Of a DNA stretch of 62,401 nucleotides, positions 10,801 to 21,856 are shown one piece after another. The position numbers were made by a program, and so were the translations under genes. The stretch covers positions 1 to 62,401 of the forward strand of contig CAYFIW010000005.1 of assembly GCA_964343265.1 (NCBI GenBank), in the 5' to 3' direction. Origin of the DNA: an uncultured Dehalococcoidia bacterium. Lineage in GTDB: Bacteria; Chloroflexota; Dehalococcoidia; Lucifugimonadales; UBA826. Numbering within the stretch: position 1 is the stretch's first letter; each line of letters opens with the position of its first letter. A model generated the notes under the pieces. The model worked only from the letters and a program-made list of their open reading frames with translations. It made no database searches and was not told the origin of the DNA.

Positions 10801-11690
10801 TAGGACAATCAGAGGCTGTACCGCCAGAAGCGATCATTGAAAACAATCCTGAAAGTGTCGACATTAATGCTATAAAAAAATATCTAGAGGAAAGAGACGA
10901 GAGCTTCGATAGAATATTCGTTGACAACATACCTAACGCCGCAAGAGAGGCATGTCTTAAAATTTGGCTTCGTGAGGTAGCGGGCCGTGATCCTGATAAT
11001 CTCAATTTAGAACAAATGATGGATGAGGCTCTTGTGCTCAACAGAGACTACCAGTTAGCCGCTCCTGTATTAGGTAAATCCACGTTATATGATGGCAGGA
11101 CGGGAGAAAAATTCGACCAACCTATAACTGTCGGATATATATACATGTTGAAACTTATTCATTTAGTAGAAGATAAAATTCATGCCCGAGCTACGGGCCC
11201 ATATTCACTGATCACTCAACAACCGCTAGGTGGTAAAGCACAGATGGGAGGGCAGAGATTTGGAGAAATGGAGGTTTGGGCATTAGAGGCTTATAGTGCG
11301 GCTCATAATCTTAGAGAAATGCTGACCATTAAATCGGATGACGAAATTGGGCGTGTAAAAACCTACGAAGCGATTGTAAAAGGCGAAGATGTTGCACAAC
11401 CCGGAATACCACAATCGTTTCATGTCTTGATGAAGGAATTACAAAGTCTGGGACTGTCTATTGAACTCGAAAATCAAGAGCTGGATCAAATGGCATTAGA
11501 CGGAGATGGAGTAGGGATTTTTGGAGATGAAACCTTATCTGAATTGTCAGATCCATTAGCACTGTTGGAAGGATCAACTTTAGAAGATTCCAACGATGAC
11601 CCTGAGGCGTCTGACAATACAACTTTTGAGGATAAAGATGGTGAGCAACCTGTAGAAGATGACCAGCCAGTCACAGGGAATGACAGCTAG
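7821..11690 (+). CDS. rpoB: DNA-directed RNA polymerase subunit beta
   Basis: [78 protein letters not shown]. Confidence 0.99.
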   Translation: MTSSTSPRYNDIFPSVKSFSKIERILDVPDLIDVQKDSFNWFTSKGLTDLFEEISPIEDNQGQNSRFSLRFVGHDFEDPKFTEEECRTHEKTFDASLYVTVELQINAAGPGQGEVKEQRLYVGNIPIMTSAGTFIINGAERVVVSQLVRSPGVYFTEDRDPGSGRPLSSAKLIPYRGAWMEFETSNRDVLYVKVDRKRKTPVTTLLRALGYETDQEIIELFEDVDTNDDHQFIKTTIAKDSSVTSSEEALIEFYRRLRPGEPPNAENARNLIDSLFFDTRRYDLGKVGRYKLDSNLKGPENAYRDSVENERILAKEDIINLLRRLIEINNEKRRANDIDHLGNRRVRAVGELIQNQVRVGLLRMERVIKERMTIQPDPSSTTPAALINVRPVVAAVREFFGGSQLSQFMDQANPLAELTHKRRLSALGPGGLSRERAGFDVRDVHHSHYGRICPIETPEGPNIGLLVSLATYAKTNAFGFIETPYRKVLTELSNGDASQLIGHTPIDNIVSNDGKTIVRGGTQITVRTAGRIASQETKTFKVKPYVSRSIQDIVHLSADDEENYFIAQANSPINDAGEFIEDRVETRKGEIVGMESTSEVTYMDVSPLQLVSVSTSLIPFLEHDDANRALMGSNMQRQAVPLMKPESPLVGTGMEERVARDSGQVVLSKSNGVVTSVTGDSIEVTSDDGEIHTHNLVKFHRSNQGTCINQRPIIDKGSVVKTGEILADGSSTDTGKLALGQNVLAAFMTWEGYNFEDAIILSNRLIKSDKFTSIHIEKHEIEARDTKLGPEEITRDIPNIGEESLRNLDEDGIIRIGAEVGNRDILVGKITPKGETELSAEEKLLRAIFGEKARDVKDSSLYVPHGQGGKIIDVKILERDKGDDLSPGVNKLVRVWVAQTRKITEGDKMAGRHGNKGVIAKIMPEEDMPFLPDGTPVDIILNPIGVPSRMNLGQVLETHLGWAAHQLGFGAETPVFDGAEDVEIEDELAKAWIIGQSEAVPPEAIIENNPESVDINAIKKYLEERDESFDRIFVDNIPNAAREACLKIWLREVAGRDPDNLNLEQMMDEALVLNRDYQLAAPVLGKSTLYDGRTGEKFDQPITVGYIYMLKLIHLVEDKIHARATGPYSLITQQPLGGKAQMGGQRFGEMEVWALEAYSAAHNLREMLTIKSDDEIGRVKTYEAIVKGEDVAQPGIPQSFHVLMKELQSLGLSIELENQELDQMALDGDGVGIFGDETLSELSDPLALLEGSTLEDSNDDPEASDNTTFEDKDGEQPVEDDQPVTGNDS

Positions 11691-11729
11691 AAAAAGATAT
11701 TACGAAAGATTATCAACTTTTGACGGAGT

Positions 11730-14700
11730 ATGAAAATGGCCCAGTCTGGAAATGATTTTGACTCAATAACTATCTCGCTTGCCTCACCAGATTCAGTATC
11801 AAAGTGGTCATGGGGTGAAGTTACAAAACCAGAAACCATCAATTACAGGACTCTTCGCCCGGAAAAGGATGGACTGTTTTGTGAACGAATTTTTGGGCCT
11901 ACAAAGGATTGGGAATGTTACTGCGGAAAATATAAAAAAATTAGGTTTAGGGGAGTCACATGTGACAGATGTGGCGTTGAGGTCGCAAGATCAAAAGTTC
12001 GAAGGGAACGAATGGGACACATTGACTTAGCAGCCCCTGTAGCCCATATATGGTTCTCAAAAGGAACACCTAGCCGTTTAGGTCTATTACTAGACCTATC
12101 ACCTAGAAATTTGGATCGAGTATTGTATTTCGCTCAATACCTTGTCACTGATGTCGATCAAGAACTCAAAGGGCAACTTCTAGAATCTCTACACGCTGAC
12201 TTAGAAAATTTGACTTTAGAAAGAGACTCGAAAATCGAGAATGAGGTAACTCGACTTAAATCAGAATCTGCGACACAAGCTAATGATTCAGATGAGGAGA
12301 AAAACCTTGAAGAGAACGAAGATGAAAGTCTAGCACCTATAGCTGAGATAGACGAACATTTAGCTGAAAAGATTTCTGAAGCCACAGATTTGATTCAAGA
12401 TGAATACGAGCCAGGCATAAGCAGGATTGATCAATTAATATCTGAACTAGAACAGTTGAAAATAACCCAACTTCTAACTGAAACTCAATATAGAGACCAT
12501 AGAGAAAGCTTCGCAGGAATATTCAAGGCAGGAATGGGTGCAGAATCTGTTCTAAATGTTCTCCAAAACCATATAGACATGGATGAACTCAGAGAAGAAT
12601 TACAAGAAGAAATGCAATCCTCATCTGGCCAACGTAGAAAAAAAGCTATTAAAAGACTTAGGGTAGTTGAGTCGTTTAGAAGAAGTAACAACAAAGCAGA
12701 ATGGATGATCCTGACAAACCTGCCGGTTCTTCCTCCTGATCTGAGGCCGATGGTACAACTAGACGGCGGACGATTTGCAACAAGTGATCTAAATGACTTA
12801 TATCGCAGAGTCATAAACCGGAACAACAGGCTAAGAAGGTTAATAGAATTACAGGCTCCTGAAATAATCATCAGAAATGAAAAAAGAATGCTCCAGGAAT
12901 CTGTAGACGCGCTTATAGACAATGGAAGACGTGGCAGAGCCGTGGCCGGGAGTCATAATCACAAGCTAAAGTCACTTTCTGATCTGTTAAGAGGTAAACA
13001 AGGCAGGTTCAGGCAAAATCTATTGGGCAAAAGAGTCGATTATAGTGGACGTTCAGTCATAATAGCCGGGCCGGAACTCAAGCTTCATCAATGCGGTTTG
13101 CCAAGAAGAATGGCCTTAGAACTATTTAAGCCTTTTGTAATGCACAGATTGGTATTACGAGGATATGCCCATAATATTAGAAGCGCAAAAAGACTAGCAG
13201 AAAGAAATAGGTCGGAAGTATGGGACATATTAGGTGAGGTGGTAACAGAAAGACCAGTATTACTCAACAGGGCTCCTACACTTCATAGGCTCGGCATTCA
13301 AGCTTTTGAACCCGTATTAATTGAAGGAAGTGCTATTAGGGTCCATCCCCTTGTTTGCACAGCATTTAACGCAGACTTTGATGGGGATCAAATGGCCGTA
13401 CACGTACCATTATCAAGAATTGCTGTACTTGAGGCAAGGAAATTGATGCTTAGTACGTTCAACATGTTAGCCCCAAGCTCAGGGGAGCCTATAGTAACTC
13501 CTTCACTTGATATGGTGTTAGGTTGCTACTACATGACATCCGTAGATCCTAATGCCCATGGCACCGGCAAAAATTTTAGCAACTTTGAAGATGCAATCTT
13601 AGCCAATGAGGTTGGAGCTGTCTCACTAAGAGCAATAATAAATGTAAGAGATCAAAACGGTGATTGGTTAGAGACTACCGTTGGCCGTATTTTATTTAAC
13701 TCAGTATTACCTGATCAAATACCTTACGAAAACGCTGAAGTAGAAAGAAACCGATTACGCGAATTAACAAGTCAGTGTTTTCGTTTCCTAGGTAATGAAG
13801 GAGCTGCTATCGTACTAGATGACATAAAAAATCTAGGTTTCAAAAATGCTTCAAAGTCCGGAGTGTCTATAGCGATCAATGATGTGAAAGTCTCCACTAA
13901 GAAGACTGAGATCGTACGTAAGGCGGAAGAATTTGTCTCTCAGCTTGAAGATCAGTACCTCGACGGCCTAATCACTGATGATGAAAAGTATACTGCGACT
14001 GTCAAAATCTGGACTGACGCAAACGACGAATTAACAGAAGTTATTGCCGAAGACCTGCCAAACTATGGCGGAATCTATATGATGGCTAACTCTGGTGCAA
14101 AAGGTAACATAGCTCAAATCAAACAAATGGCTGGGATGAGAGGCCTGATGTCAAATCCTAGGGGTCGCATCATTGACAGACCTATTAAATCCAACTTCAG
14201 GGAGGGACTTTCTGTTCTCGAATATTTTATATCAACGCATGGAGCTAGAAAAGGATTGGCCGACACAGCACTTCGAACCGCTGACAGTGGATATCTTACT
14301 AGGCGACTAATTGACGTTGCACAAGAAGTAATCATCATGGAAGAAGACTGCGGAGTAGACCATGGAATGGTCATTACAGGGTACGAAGACGAGGCTCTAA
14401 ACGGCCTATTTTACGACAGAATAAAATATCGACATGCGGCGACGCCAATTCCAAACCCAAAAACGGGAGAAATCATCGTAGAGACCAATCAGATAATCAA
14501 GGAAGAAGATTTAGAAACACTCAAGGAGGCTGAAGTCAGTGTCGCTGAGGTAAGATCACCACTAACTTGCCAAGCGGAGAAAGGACTTTGTCAGCTCTGC
14601 TACGGGTTATCTCTAGCTAATCTACAGCCCATAATGGTTGGAGATGCGGTAGGAATCATAGCTGCACAAAGCATTGGAGAACCTGGCACACAGCTAACAA

Positions 14701-15800
14701 TGAGGACTTTCCATACCGGAGGTGTGGCAGGATCAGACATAACAAGTGGTCTACCAAGAGTAGAAGAATTATTTGAAGCGAGATCTCCTAAAGGAGCCGC
14801 AGTTTTGTCTGAAATATCAGGTTCGGTTGAAATTATAGAAACCGGTGAAGGCCGAACAGTAAGAATAATTAACTCTGAGGAATTGGTAGATGAGTACACA
14901 ATCACAGGATTAGATTCGCTAGTTGAAGAAGGTGAAACAGTCATAATAGGAACTCCAATTGCTTCTTCAGACGAAGATGATTCTATATTAAACGCCAGAA
15001 ATTCTGGGCTCGTCGGGTTAGATGGGGACAATTTAACAATCACATGGACTGATGAAGAACAAAGGGAGTACCCAATCCCAGCCGCTTCACATCTTGAAGT
15101 TTCGGATGGGGATTACATTGAAGCTGGACAGGCCATCACTGCCGGACCTAAAAATCCCCAACAAATATTGGAAATTCAAGGCAGGGAAGCAGCACAATCC
15201 TATCTCATTGAAGAAGTTCAAAAAGTGTATAGATCTCAAGGAGTTCCAATACACGATAAGCACATTGAAGCAATAATTAGACAAATGCTCAGAAGAGTAC
15301 AAGTTCACGAACCTGGTGACACAGATTTATTGCCCGGTGACCCAATGGACCGAAAGGAATTCGAAGACAAAAATGGGGAAATTATCGCAGAAGGTGGCGA
15401 TCCTGCTACTGCCGTACCCATATTGTTGGGTATAACTAGAGCATCACTGCATATGGATAGCTTTCTAGCCGCAGCCTCATTCCAAGAAACTACTAGAGTT
15501 CTAACTGAATCCGCGGTCATGGGAAAGAGGGACCACCTGACGGGATTGAAGGAAAATGTAATTATTGGGAGATTGATACCTGCTCGGTATGACAATACAG
15601 ACGAGGGCAAGGAAAAATTAGGCTTGGATGAGCTGGAAAAACTGCTGTCTATAGAAGATATTCCAGACAGTCCCCCTCCGCCGGAATTTGAGGACGAAAA
15701 TGGAAACATCGTACCTGTGACTCAGACAGGTGGATCAAATGGGCTAAATGAATCGTCATCTGAAGAAGACGGTGAAATGGAAGAAATACCAGGAGACTAA
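11730..15800 (+). CDS. rpoC: DNA-directed RNA polymerase subunit beta'
   Basis: KPETINYRT, Zn-finger CYCGKY..CDRC, catalytic NADFDGD, bridge helix [38 protein letters not shown]. Confidence 0.99.
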   Translation: MKMAQSGNDFDSITISLASPDSVSKWSWGEVTKPETINYRTLRPEKDGLFCERIFGPTKDWECYCGKYKKIRFRGVTCDRCGVEVARSKVRRERMGHIDLAAPVAHIWFSKGTPSRLGLLLDLSPRNLDRVLYFAQYLVTDVDQELKGQLLESLHADLENLTLERDSKIENEVTRLKSESATQANDSDEEKNLEENEDESLAPIAEIDEHLAEKISEATDLIQDEYEPGISRIDQLISELEQLKITQLLTETQYRDHRESFAGIFKAGMGAESVLNVLQNHIDMDELREELQEEMQSSSGQRRKKAIKRLRVVESFRRSNNKAEWMILTNLPVLPPDLRPMVQLDGGRFATSDLNDLYRRVINRNNRLRRLIELQAPEIIIRNEKRMLQESVDALIDNGRRGRAVAGSHNHKLKSLSDLLRGKQGRFRQNLLGKRVDYSGRSVIIAGPELKLHQCGLPRRMALELFKPFVMHRLVLRGYAHNIRSAKRLAERNRSEVWDILGEVVTERPVLLNRAPTLHRLGIQAFEPVLIEGSAIRVHPLVCTAFNADFDGDQMAVHVPLSRIAVLEARKLMLSTFNMLAPSSGEPIVTPSLDMVLGCYYMTSVDPNAHGTGKNFSNFEDAILANEVGAVSLRAIINVRDQNGDWLETTVGRILFNSVLPDQIPYENAEVERNRLRELTSQCFRFLGNEGAAIVLDDIKNLGFKNASKSGVSIAINDVKVSTKKTEIVRKAEEFVSQLEDQYLDGLITDDEKYTATVKIWTDANDELTEVIAEDLPNYGGIYMMANSGAKGNIAQIKQMAGMRGLMSNPRGRIIDRPIKSNFREGLSVLEYFISTHGARKGLADTALRTADSGYLTRRLIDVAQEVIIMEEDCGVDHGMVITGYEDEALNGLFYDRIKYRHAATPIPNPKTGEIIVETNQIIKEEDLETLKEAEVSVAEVRSPLTCQAEKGLCQLCYGLSLANLQPIMVGDAVGIIAAQSIGEPGTQLTMRTFHTGGVAGSDITSGLPRVEELFEARSPKGAAVLSEISGSVEIIETGEGRTVRIINSEELVDEYTITGLDSLVEEGETVIIGTPIASSDEDDSILNARNSGLVGLDGDNLTITWTDEEQREYPIPAASHLEVSDGDYIEAGQAITAGPKNPQQILEIQGREAAQSYLIEEVQKVYRSQGVPIHDKHIEAIIRQMLRRVQVHEPGDTDLLPGDPMDRKEFEDKNGEIIAEGGDPATAVPILLGITRASLHMDSFLAAASFQETTRVLTESAVMGKRDHLTGLKENVIIGRLIPARYDNTDEGKEKLGLDELEKLLSIEDIPDSPPPPEFEDENGNIVPVTQTGGSNGLNESSSEEDGEMEEIPGD

Positions 15801-15880
15801 AAAAGACTGTGACCTTGGCTTGTGTATATAAACTGAATGTAGGAGAATGTCACAGTTAAAAACTGAATCATCAAAAAAGA

Positions 15881-16004
15881 CTAGGTGCCCCAACGGTTAA
15901 AGAGGAAGTCGGTCAAATTCCGACACTGTCCCGCAACGGTAGGTCCTTAAAAGGACAAGTCCGGTCCACCACCTAAGTCAAACGTCTAGGCCTTCGCGGA
16001 AAGG
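15881..16004 (+). ncRNA. cobalamin riboswitch (compact form)
   Basis: AGGTGC...TTAAAGAGGAAGTCGGTCAAATTCCGACACTGTCCCGCAACGGT...AAGTCCGGTCCACCACCT, with a P4 T-loop hairpin GTCGG/CCGAC. Downstream hairpin CCTTCGCGGAAAGG has a loop (GCGG) complementary to L5 (CCGC). Lies directly upstream of a B12-type ABC transporter. Confidence 0.92.
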
Positions 16005-16024
16005 TATCGGATGAAAAATACCGT

Positions 16025-16069
16025 TACCCTGTATCCCCATTTTAGGACTTTGATACAGGGTATCTTTTT
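16025..16069 (+). terminator. intrinsic terminator / attenuator of the riboswitch expression platform
   Basis: Perfect 11-bp stem TACCCTGTATC (16025-16035) / GATACAGGGTA (16052-16062), followed by TCTTTTT, before the btuF start. Confidence 0.8.
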
Positions 16070-16122
16070 ACCTCCAATACAACATCGCGAATTAGCGTTA
16101 TTAATATTAATAGGAGAGTAAA

Positions 16123-17217
16123 TTGAGATCATCGAAATTAGTTATATTGGTATTCATTTTTTTCTCAAGCTTTACGTCCCTTTGGGCATGCTCTGAAGTC
16201 ACACAGCAAAAACCTGAACCAGCTCAACCTGCACTTCCTGCGAATGTAGTTAATTACATACAAAAAGAACCGTTAAAACCAGAAGCCCCCATGGCCGCGG
16301 CTCCAGCTGAAATCAAATTTGATTCCCCAAAAATTGAAACCAAAAAAATAGCAAAAATCAAAACACCTGTAGAAAAAAAAGACACGGGCAATACTCCAAC
16401 CTCCAATGAGTCATTAAAAGCTACTTTCCCTGTATATATAACTGATATAGACGGCCGAGAAATAATTTTCGATTCTCCACCGGAGCGAATAATAGCGTTT
16501 GACTCGGCTGCTGTTGAAACTATTTTTGCTATAGGTGAAGGTCACAGAATAATTGGTACACATGACTACGTCACTTATCCTCCTGAGGCTAGTTCAATTA
16601 CAAAGGTGGGAGATGCCTTTAACATGGACCTAGAGGCCGTAGTCGGACTAAATCCGGATTTAGTTTATCTTTTCTACCCATCATTTAAAGAACAATTAGA
16701 AGATGCAGGACTTAAAGTTCTATTGATCCCAACGATAGGTGATGATATTTCTAAAATGGCTGACCATTTTCGGATGTGGGGACGTATTACTGGGGGCGTG
16801 AGGGAAGCAAATAATCTGGCAGAGGATTTCGAGGATAGAATTCTAAATATAGAGGCTGCTCTTGAGCCTTACACTGAAGGACCGTCTGTGTTTCAAGACG
16901 TGGGTGGTCTATGGACTCCGGGTAACGACACCCTCGTAGGCAACGTATTTAAATTGCTGAAACTACAAAACATTGCACATGATATTGAAGGTTACCAACA
17001 AATATCTCCTGAGGTAATAGTTGAAAGAAATCCACAGTACATCATTTCTTCATACAGTGATAATTTTAGTGACGACCCTAAATATTCAGGGGTGGTAGCA
17101 GTCAAAAATGGATCGATATACATACCTTCTGCAGATTATCTAAGTATTTCAGGACCAAGATTTTTAATGGGCGTGGATGAACTTGTAAACTTCATATATC
17201 CCGGCATATTCAAATGA
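16123..17217 (+). CDS. btuF: cobalamin/Fe-siderophore ABC transporter substrate-binding lipoprotein (BtuF-like)
   Basis: Lipobox LWAC, Pro/Lys-rich linker, FPVYITDIDGR..PPERIIA, E.IFAIG.G..IIG, LNPDLV, AVKNG.IY, GPR. Under a cobalamin riboswitch. Confidence 0.85.
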   Translation: MRSSKLVILVFIFFSSFTSLWACSEVTQQKPEPAQPALPANVVNYIQKEPLKPEAPMAAAPAEIKFDSPKIETKKIAKIKTPVEKKDTGNTPTSNESLKATFPVYITDIDGREIIFDSPPERIIAFDSAAVETIFAIGEGHRIIGTHDYVTYPPEASSITKVGDAFNMDLEAVVGLNPDLVYLFYPSFKEQLEDAGLKVLLIPTIGDDISKMADHFRMWGRITGGVREANNLAEDFEDRILNIEAALEPYTEGPSVFQDVGGLWTPGNDTLVGNVFKLLKLQNIAHDIEGYQQISPEVIVERNPQYIISSYSDNFSDDPKYSGVVAVKNGSIYIPSADYLSISGPRFLMGVDELVNFIYPGIFK

Positions 17218-17230
17218 AATCACTATTCTA

Positions 17231-18289
17231 ATGACGACCGCCATAACACCTAAAAATCAAAAGTCATTGCTGCCATGGAGCAGGATCATAGTATGGATTT
17301 TTGTATCGTTAGGATGTTGTGTTGTAGCGGCATCGATCGGGTCAGTGTCAATACACCCAATGGAAACGATAATGATTATATTATCTAAATTTCCATTCAT
17401 TAACGTAGACAAAACCTGGGAAGATTCGTCATACACTATTCTATGGGAAATAAGGTTCCCTAGGATACTCCTCGCGCTATTGGTAGGAGCATCTCTTTCA
17501 ATATCGGGAGCCACATACCAGGGACTGTTCCGTAATCCTCTGGCTGACCCATATTTTATTGGTGTTGCTTCTGGCGCTTCGTTAGGGGCTACGTTAGTGT
17601 TTCTGACAAATATTCCTACTGTAATAGGTAATTTCAACGTCCTTCCTATTGCGGCATTCGTTGGAGGTACAAGCGCCGTTGCTATAGCTTATAAAATATC
17701 TAGCACGTCATCAAACACAAAATTGGCAACACTTATCCTCGCTGGTATTGCTATTGGATCTTTCACAACAGCAGTAACGAGTATACTTATGATACGTACT
17801 GAACCTGATCTTAGACCTCTATTGAGTTGGATTATGGGTGGATTTATTGGGGCAAAATGGGCGGATTCAATGTTTTTACTACCCTACCTCATACCCAGTT
17901 TTTTATTGGTGTGTATCTATAGCCGTATATTAAACACGATACAACTTGATGAAGAATATGCTGAAAGTTTAGGAGTAAATACAGAAAGAACAAAAAAAGT
18001 CCTAATCATTGTTTCAACTATATTAACCGCTGCTGCAGTATCCTTCAGTGGCCTAATAGGATTTGTTGGTCTTGTAGCCCCACACGTAGTGCGTATTTTA
18101 TGGGGAGGCGATTATAGATCGCTTATCCCGACAGCCGCATTAGTCGGTGGAAGCTTCCTCGTTTTATCAGATCTGATAGCAAGAACTGTAGTAAGCCCTG
18201 GAGAATTGCCAGTTGGGATAATAACTGCTTTATTTGGAGCACCATTTTTTATTTTTCTCCTAGTTAAGAACCGTTCGAAAATTTACTGA
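17231..18289 (+). CDS. btuC: cobalamin/iron-chelate ABC permease (FecCD/BtuC family)
   Basis: IRFPRILLALLVGASLSISGATYQGLFRNPLADPY, A.SLGV, SGLIGFVGLVAPH, ELPVGIITALFGAPFF. Confidence 0.9.
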   Translation: MTTAITPKNQKSLLPWSRIIVWIFVSLGCCVVAASIGSVSIHPMETIMIILSKFPFINVDKTWEDSSYTILWEIRFPRILLALLVGASLSISGATYQGLFRNPLADPYFIGVASGASLGATLVFLTNIPTVIGNFNVLPIAAFVGGTSAVAIAYKISSTSSNTKLATLILAGIAIGSFTTAVTSILMIRTEPDLRPLLSWIMGGFIGAKWADSMFLLPYLIPSFLLVCIYSRILNTIQLDEEYAESLGVNTERTKKVLIIVSTILTAAAVSFSGLIGFVGLVAPHVVRILWGGDYRSLIPTAALVGGSFLVLSDLIARTVVSPGELPVGIITALFGAPFFIFLLVKNRSKIY

Positions 18290-18290
18290 C

Positions 18291-19091
18291 ATGAATGAAG
18301 GAATATATCTCGACAACCTAGAATTCTCATATTCAGATCTGAATGTTATAAACGGCATTACAACAGAAATTCAATCAGGTGAAATAATCTCTATAGTAGG
18401 TCCAAATGGGGCTGGTAAAACAACCTTGATAAAAATTATAGACGGTCTAATAAAACCCTCCCAAGGAAAGGTTTGGGTTCACAATAAAGAAGTACACAAA
18501 CTCAGTTCTAGGAACCGCAGCAGATTAATTAGTTATGTCCCTCAAAATCCACGTCTGCCTGGAAATATGAAACTAATCGATTTTGTATTACTTGGAAGAA
18601 ATCCGCACCTATCTTTAGCACAATGGGAAAATAAAGAAGACATAAGAACAGCAATAGCAGCCATGGAACTCACAGAAGTATCACATCTATCAAATCGGAA
18701 TCTAGAAGAAATGTCTGGTGGTGAACTACAAATGGGGATGTTATCTCTTGCCTTGACCCAGGAATCACCAATCATGCTGCTGGACGAACCGACATCTAAT
18801 TTAGATCTTTCTCATCAGGCAAAAATAATGAGCCTGATTAAGAAAACTCACCAATCAAAAAATGGGGTGACAATTCTAGCAATACATGACCTTACTTTAG
18901 CTGCTCAATATACGAACAGAGTGATTTTATTGTCTGAAGGTCGTATATTTGCCGATGGAACTCCGTCAGAAGTTCTAACCGTGGAGAATTTGTCAGCGAC
19001 CTACGGGGCTAACGTCGTAATAATGCCTCACCCAAGTGGGGGAACTCCTGTAGTTTTACCTGTTACAGAAAACTATCCTAGCACAACCTAA
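18291..19091 (+). CDS. btuD: cobalamin/iron-chelate ABC ATP-binding protein (BtuD/FepC family)
   Basis: Walker A GPNGAGKTT, signature MSGGE, Walker B LLDEPT, H-loop IHDL. Confidence 0.9.
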   Translation: MNEGIYLDNLEFSYSDLNVINGITTEIQSGEIISIVGPNGAGKTTLIKIIDGLIKPSQGKVWVHNKEVHKLSSRNRSRLISYVPQNPRLPGNMKLIDFVLLGRNPHLSLAQWENKEDIRTAIAAMELTEVSHLSNRNLEEMSGGELQMGMLSLALTQESPIMLLDEPTSNLDLSHQAKIMSLIKKTHQSKNGVTILAIHDLTLAAQYTNRVILLSEGRIFADGTPSEVLTVENLSATYGANVVIMPHPSGGTPVVLPVTENYPSTT

Positions 19092-19095
19092 ATAA

Positions 19096-19614
19096 TCATT
19101 CGAAATTACCTTCATTCTTGTACCTCTGGGCTTTCATTTTATATCCATCTGCCAGCCTGCCCTGTAAGGCTAAATGTTTTTCTTGAACTTCTCCTCTGAT
19201 CCTACCTGGTACTCCCATTACTATGGACCGTTCAGGAATATCCATATCTTCAATCACCATAGCGCCTGACCCTACGATCGAGTTTTTGCCAACCACTACG
19301 CCGTCGTTAATGACACAACCATTACCTATGAGTGATCCATCCCCTATAACTGCTGCGTGGCACATGACTCTATGTCCCACAGTTACATTGTCTCCAATAT
19401 ATACATCGGCATCACCATGGACGACAGAATTATCTTGTATATTGGTATATTTACCGATTTTTATTTTCCCACTATCGCCTCTAATTACTGTACCAGGCCA
19501 TATACTTGATCCTTCACCAATTTCCACATCTCCAATTATGTATGCAACTTCACTTACAAATGCAGTAGGATGTATTTTGGGTGTCATACCGTCTAAGGTT
19601 TTTATCAATTTCAT
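19096..19614 (-). CDS. gamma carbonic anhydrase family (YrdA/PaaY-like) hexapeptide-repeat protein
   Basis: PKIHPTAFV, IGDV.IG..SSIWP..VIRGD, NIQDNSVVH, TVGHRVMCH (three metal-binding His). Confidence 0.92.
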   Translation of the reverse strand: MKLIKTLDGMTPKIHPTAFVSEVAYIIGDVEIGEGSSIWPGTVIRGDSGKIKIGKYTNIQDNSVVHGDADVYIGDNVTVGHRVMCHAAVIGDGSLIGNGCVINDGVVVGKNSIVGSGAMVIEDMDIPERSIVMGVPGRIRGEVQEKHLALQGRLADGYKMKAQRYKNEGNFE

Positions 19615-19749
19615 TCTCCAATTTTTATACTATATCCAGGATAATTTTATTTTGATACCGGGTAAATATCTAAAGTTTCCAACATGGAGTTTCCATTTCA
19701 TATAGGATTTAATATCAATAGCAATTAAGAATCAATCACTTGGAAAAAT

Positions 19750-20337
19750 TTGCTTAGACAAAATCACAAATATTTTATAGTAACTTGTTTACTCGTCATA
19801 TCTCTGGGGTGCTCCAATTTAAAGGACACTCAAGAGGCCATCCCTCTGAACAAAGAAACGATCGAACCTACCCAAATTGTGAGTATTTCCAGCACACCAA
19901 CAATTGAGGTTACTGAAACAGCAATTCCATCACCAACTCCATCTCCTACTGAAACAACGACGGAGCTAGAATCACTTTTCATTTATAACAGTGCAGTACT
20001 TGCATTAAGAATAGAAGAATACAATGACTCAGCCAACAAGTTCACCCAAGTAATAAGAAGGATGCCAGATCTCGCTATCGCCTATAAAGGCAGGGCGGCA
20101 GCATATTATTATGATGGCCGTATAAAACTTGCTAAAGAGGACCTTCATAAAGCGCTGAGCCTGGACGTTGATCTTGGAGGAGCGCATTTATATCTAGGTC
20201 TGATTTATAAGGATGAAGGAGATTTACAAAAAGCCAAACATGAGCTAACTATGGCTGTTAATACTATTCATCCAATTAGAGAAAGATGGGAATTGGAAAT
20301 TGCACAAAAGGAACTGCTTAGTATTCAATTAGAATAG
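19750..20337 (+). CDS. TPR-repeat lipoprotein
   Basis: Lipobox SLGC, Thr/Pro-rich linker (PSPTPSPT), TPR-like helices (AIAYKGRAAAYY, AHLYLGLIY). Confidence 0.75.
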   Translation: MLRQNHKYFIVTCLLVISLGCSNLKDTQEAIPLNKETIEPTQIVSISSTPTIEVTETAIPSPTPSPTETTTELESLFIYNSAVLALRIEEYNDSANKFTQVIRRMPDLAIAYKGRAAAYYYDGRIKLAKEDLHKALSLDVDLGGAHLYLGLIYKDEGDLQKAKHELTMAVNTIHPIRERWELEIAQKELLSIQLE

Positions 20338-20430
20338 TGCCTGATTATTATTTATCATATGAAATCTCAATCTAACAAAATAACTCAATGAGACAAATCA
20401 ACTCCGTTTCTCATATCTAGTGGTATAAAA

Positions 20431-20964
20431 ATGATTCAAAATGCGGTTATGGCTGCCACTTTCAAAGCCAAGGTATTCCATATGTTTGTCAAGGATGCTG
20501 ATCTAGTCTTACAGTCCCTAGGAACAGCAGTACTATCGGCTGTATCTTTATCAGTTACTCTTCTATACACCGCACCTTCAACAAGTTCAGATTTTCAAAA
20601 TCTTCAAATGATGATGGTGTCGTTTACAACTGTACTCGTTGGTTGGATGTTGTGGTCCTTCATTTCCAAGGTTATTTGCAACCTATGGGGTAGCGACATC
20701 GAATTCCGAGACTCTATGAGAACAATAGGAATATCTTACGGACCTGGAATATTTATAATCGTGGCAGCAATACCATTGATTGGTCAGTTCATTTTATTCA
20801 TTATCTGGATTTGGATTCTTGCGTCTGTAACCTACGGTATAAAACACACTCACGATATAGCATTATCCAAAGCACTTGTTCCAGGAATTCTAGGTTGGTT
20901 TTTGGCTTGGATAATGCTTCCTTGGTTGATGCTGGGAAGTTATCTTTATGCACCGGTGAATTAA
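20431..20964 (+). CDS. Yip1-domain-like membrane protein
   Basis: About five hydrophobic helices with a 'RTIGISYGP...IPLIG...W...GIK.TH......KA' pattern resembling Yip1. Confidence 0.6.
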   Translation: MIQNAVMAATFKAKVFHMFVKDADLVLQSLGTAVLSAVSLSVTLLYTAPSTSSDFQNLQMMMVSFTTVLVGWMLWSFISKVICNLWGSDIEFRDSMRTIGISYGPGIFIIVAAIPLIGQFILFIIWIWILASVTYGIKHTHDIALSKALVPGILGWFLAWIMLPWLMLGSYLYAPVN

Positions 20965-21758
20965 TCCTCTTCTATGAACTTATTTACTATATCCCAACGA
21001 TGATTTAATAGATCCTTCATATTATTCAAAATCACTTCCTCAACATCATCAGGTTCTCTTTGATGTAACTCCGCTACCTTCTCAAGAATTGGTCTTAAAT
21101 GCCGAGGTTCCGTCCAATTATTTCTATTCTTTTTAAAAGGCTGTGGAAAAGCATCTGTCTCTAAAACAATTTTCTCTAATGGAATTTTAGAAATAACCTC
21201 TCGGAGATGTTCTAACCGAAATATAGGTCTCGCCACTGAAATATAAAAACCTAGGTCAATTATTCTTTCAGCGTCATATTGTGTACCTTGAAAGTAATGC
21301 ATAACGCCTCCCACCTCATATGCTTTTTCTTCTCGAAGCACTCTAAAACATTCTTCGTGCGCGTTACGACTGTGGAAAACAATTGGCAATTTAAGATCTT
21401 TGGCTATATGAATTTGTCTTCTAAACGCATCAAACTGCCATTGTCGGTCTGGCATATCATCCATAAAATCCAACCCGATCTCACTCATTACTAAAACTTT
21501 TTCAGAAGATGAGGCTAAATCAATTAAATGACTATAATCCGAATCGCCCAATTCTCTCTTAATATCCATAGGATGTACCCCAACACCAGAAAAAAAATTT
21601 GGGTACTTACCTGACAAAAATATGGACCTTCTTGATGTTTCAATTGTAGTACCCGCTGATATTACAAAGCGCACCCCTACAGTCTCAGCTCTTAACAAGA
21701 TACTATTTACTTCACAATCAGAATATGAATCTAGATGAACATGTGTGTCAATAAGCAT
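20961..21758 (-). CDS. tatD: TatD family metal-dependent nuclease/hydrolase
   Basis: MLIDTHVHL, GVHP, SEIGLDF, PIVFHSR, GVMHYF, LETDAFP. Confidence 0.9.
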   Translation of the reverse strand: MLIDTHVHLDSYSDCEVNSILLRAETVGVRFVISAGTTIETSRRSIFLSGKYPNFFSGVGVHPMDIKRELGDSDYSHLIDLASSSEKVLVMSEIGLDFMDDMPDRQWQFDAFRRQIHIAKDLKLPIVFHSRNAHEECFRVLREEKAYEVGGVMHYFQGTQYDAERIIDLGFYISVARPIFRLEHLREVISKIPLEKIVLETDAFPQPFKKNRNNWTEPRHLRPILEKVAELHQREPDDVEEVILNNMKDLLNHRWDIVNKFIEED

Positions 21759-21856
21759 TTTTATCTCTACAAATGAGTTGTTACTAGTATAATCCTAGGC
21801 CGTATGGAGAACAGCAGATATTCCCTATCAAAACTATATTCACCTGAGCAACAATA

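Noticed and set aside
7968..15709. Many 60-150 aa antisense or alternative-frame ORFs inside rpoB/rpoC (likewise within nuo, suf and opp genes)
   Set aside because: These are typical codon-bias shadow ORFs over highly conserved genes, with no RBS or family signal.
15847..15900. 17-codon uORF (MSQLKTESSKKTRCPNG) after AGGAG, overlapping the riboswitch 5' end
   Set aside because: The SD-like sequence is only 1 nt from the ATG, too close for initiation. Likely chance.
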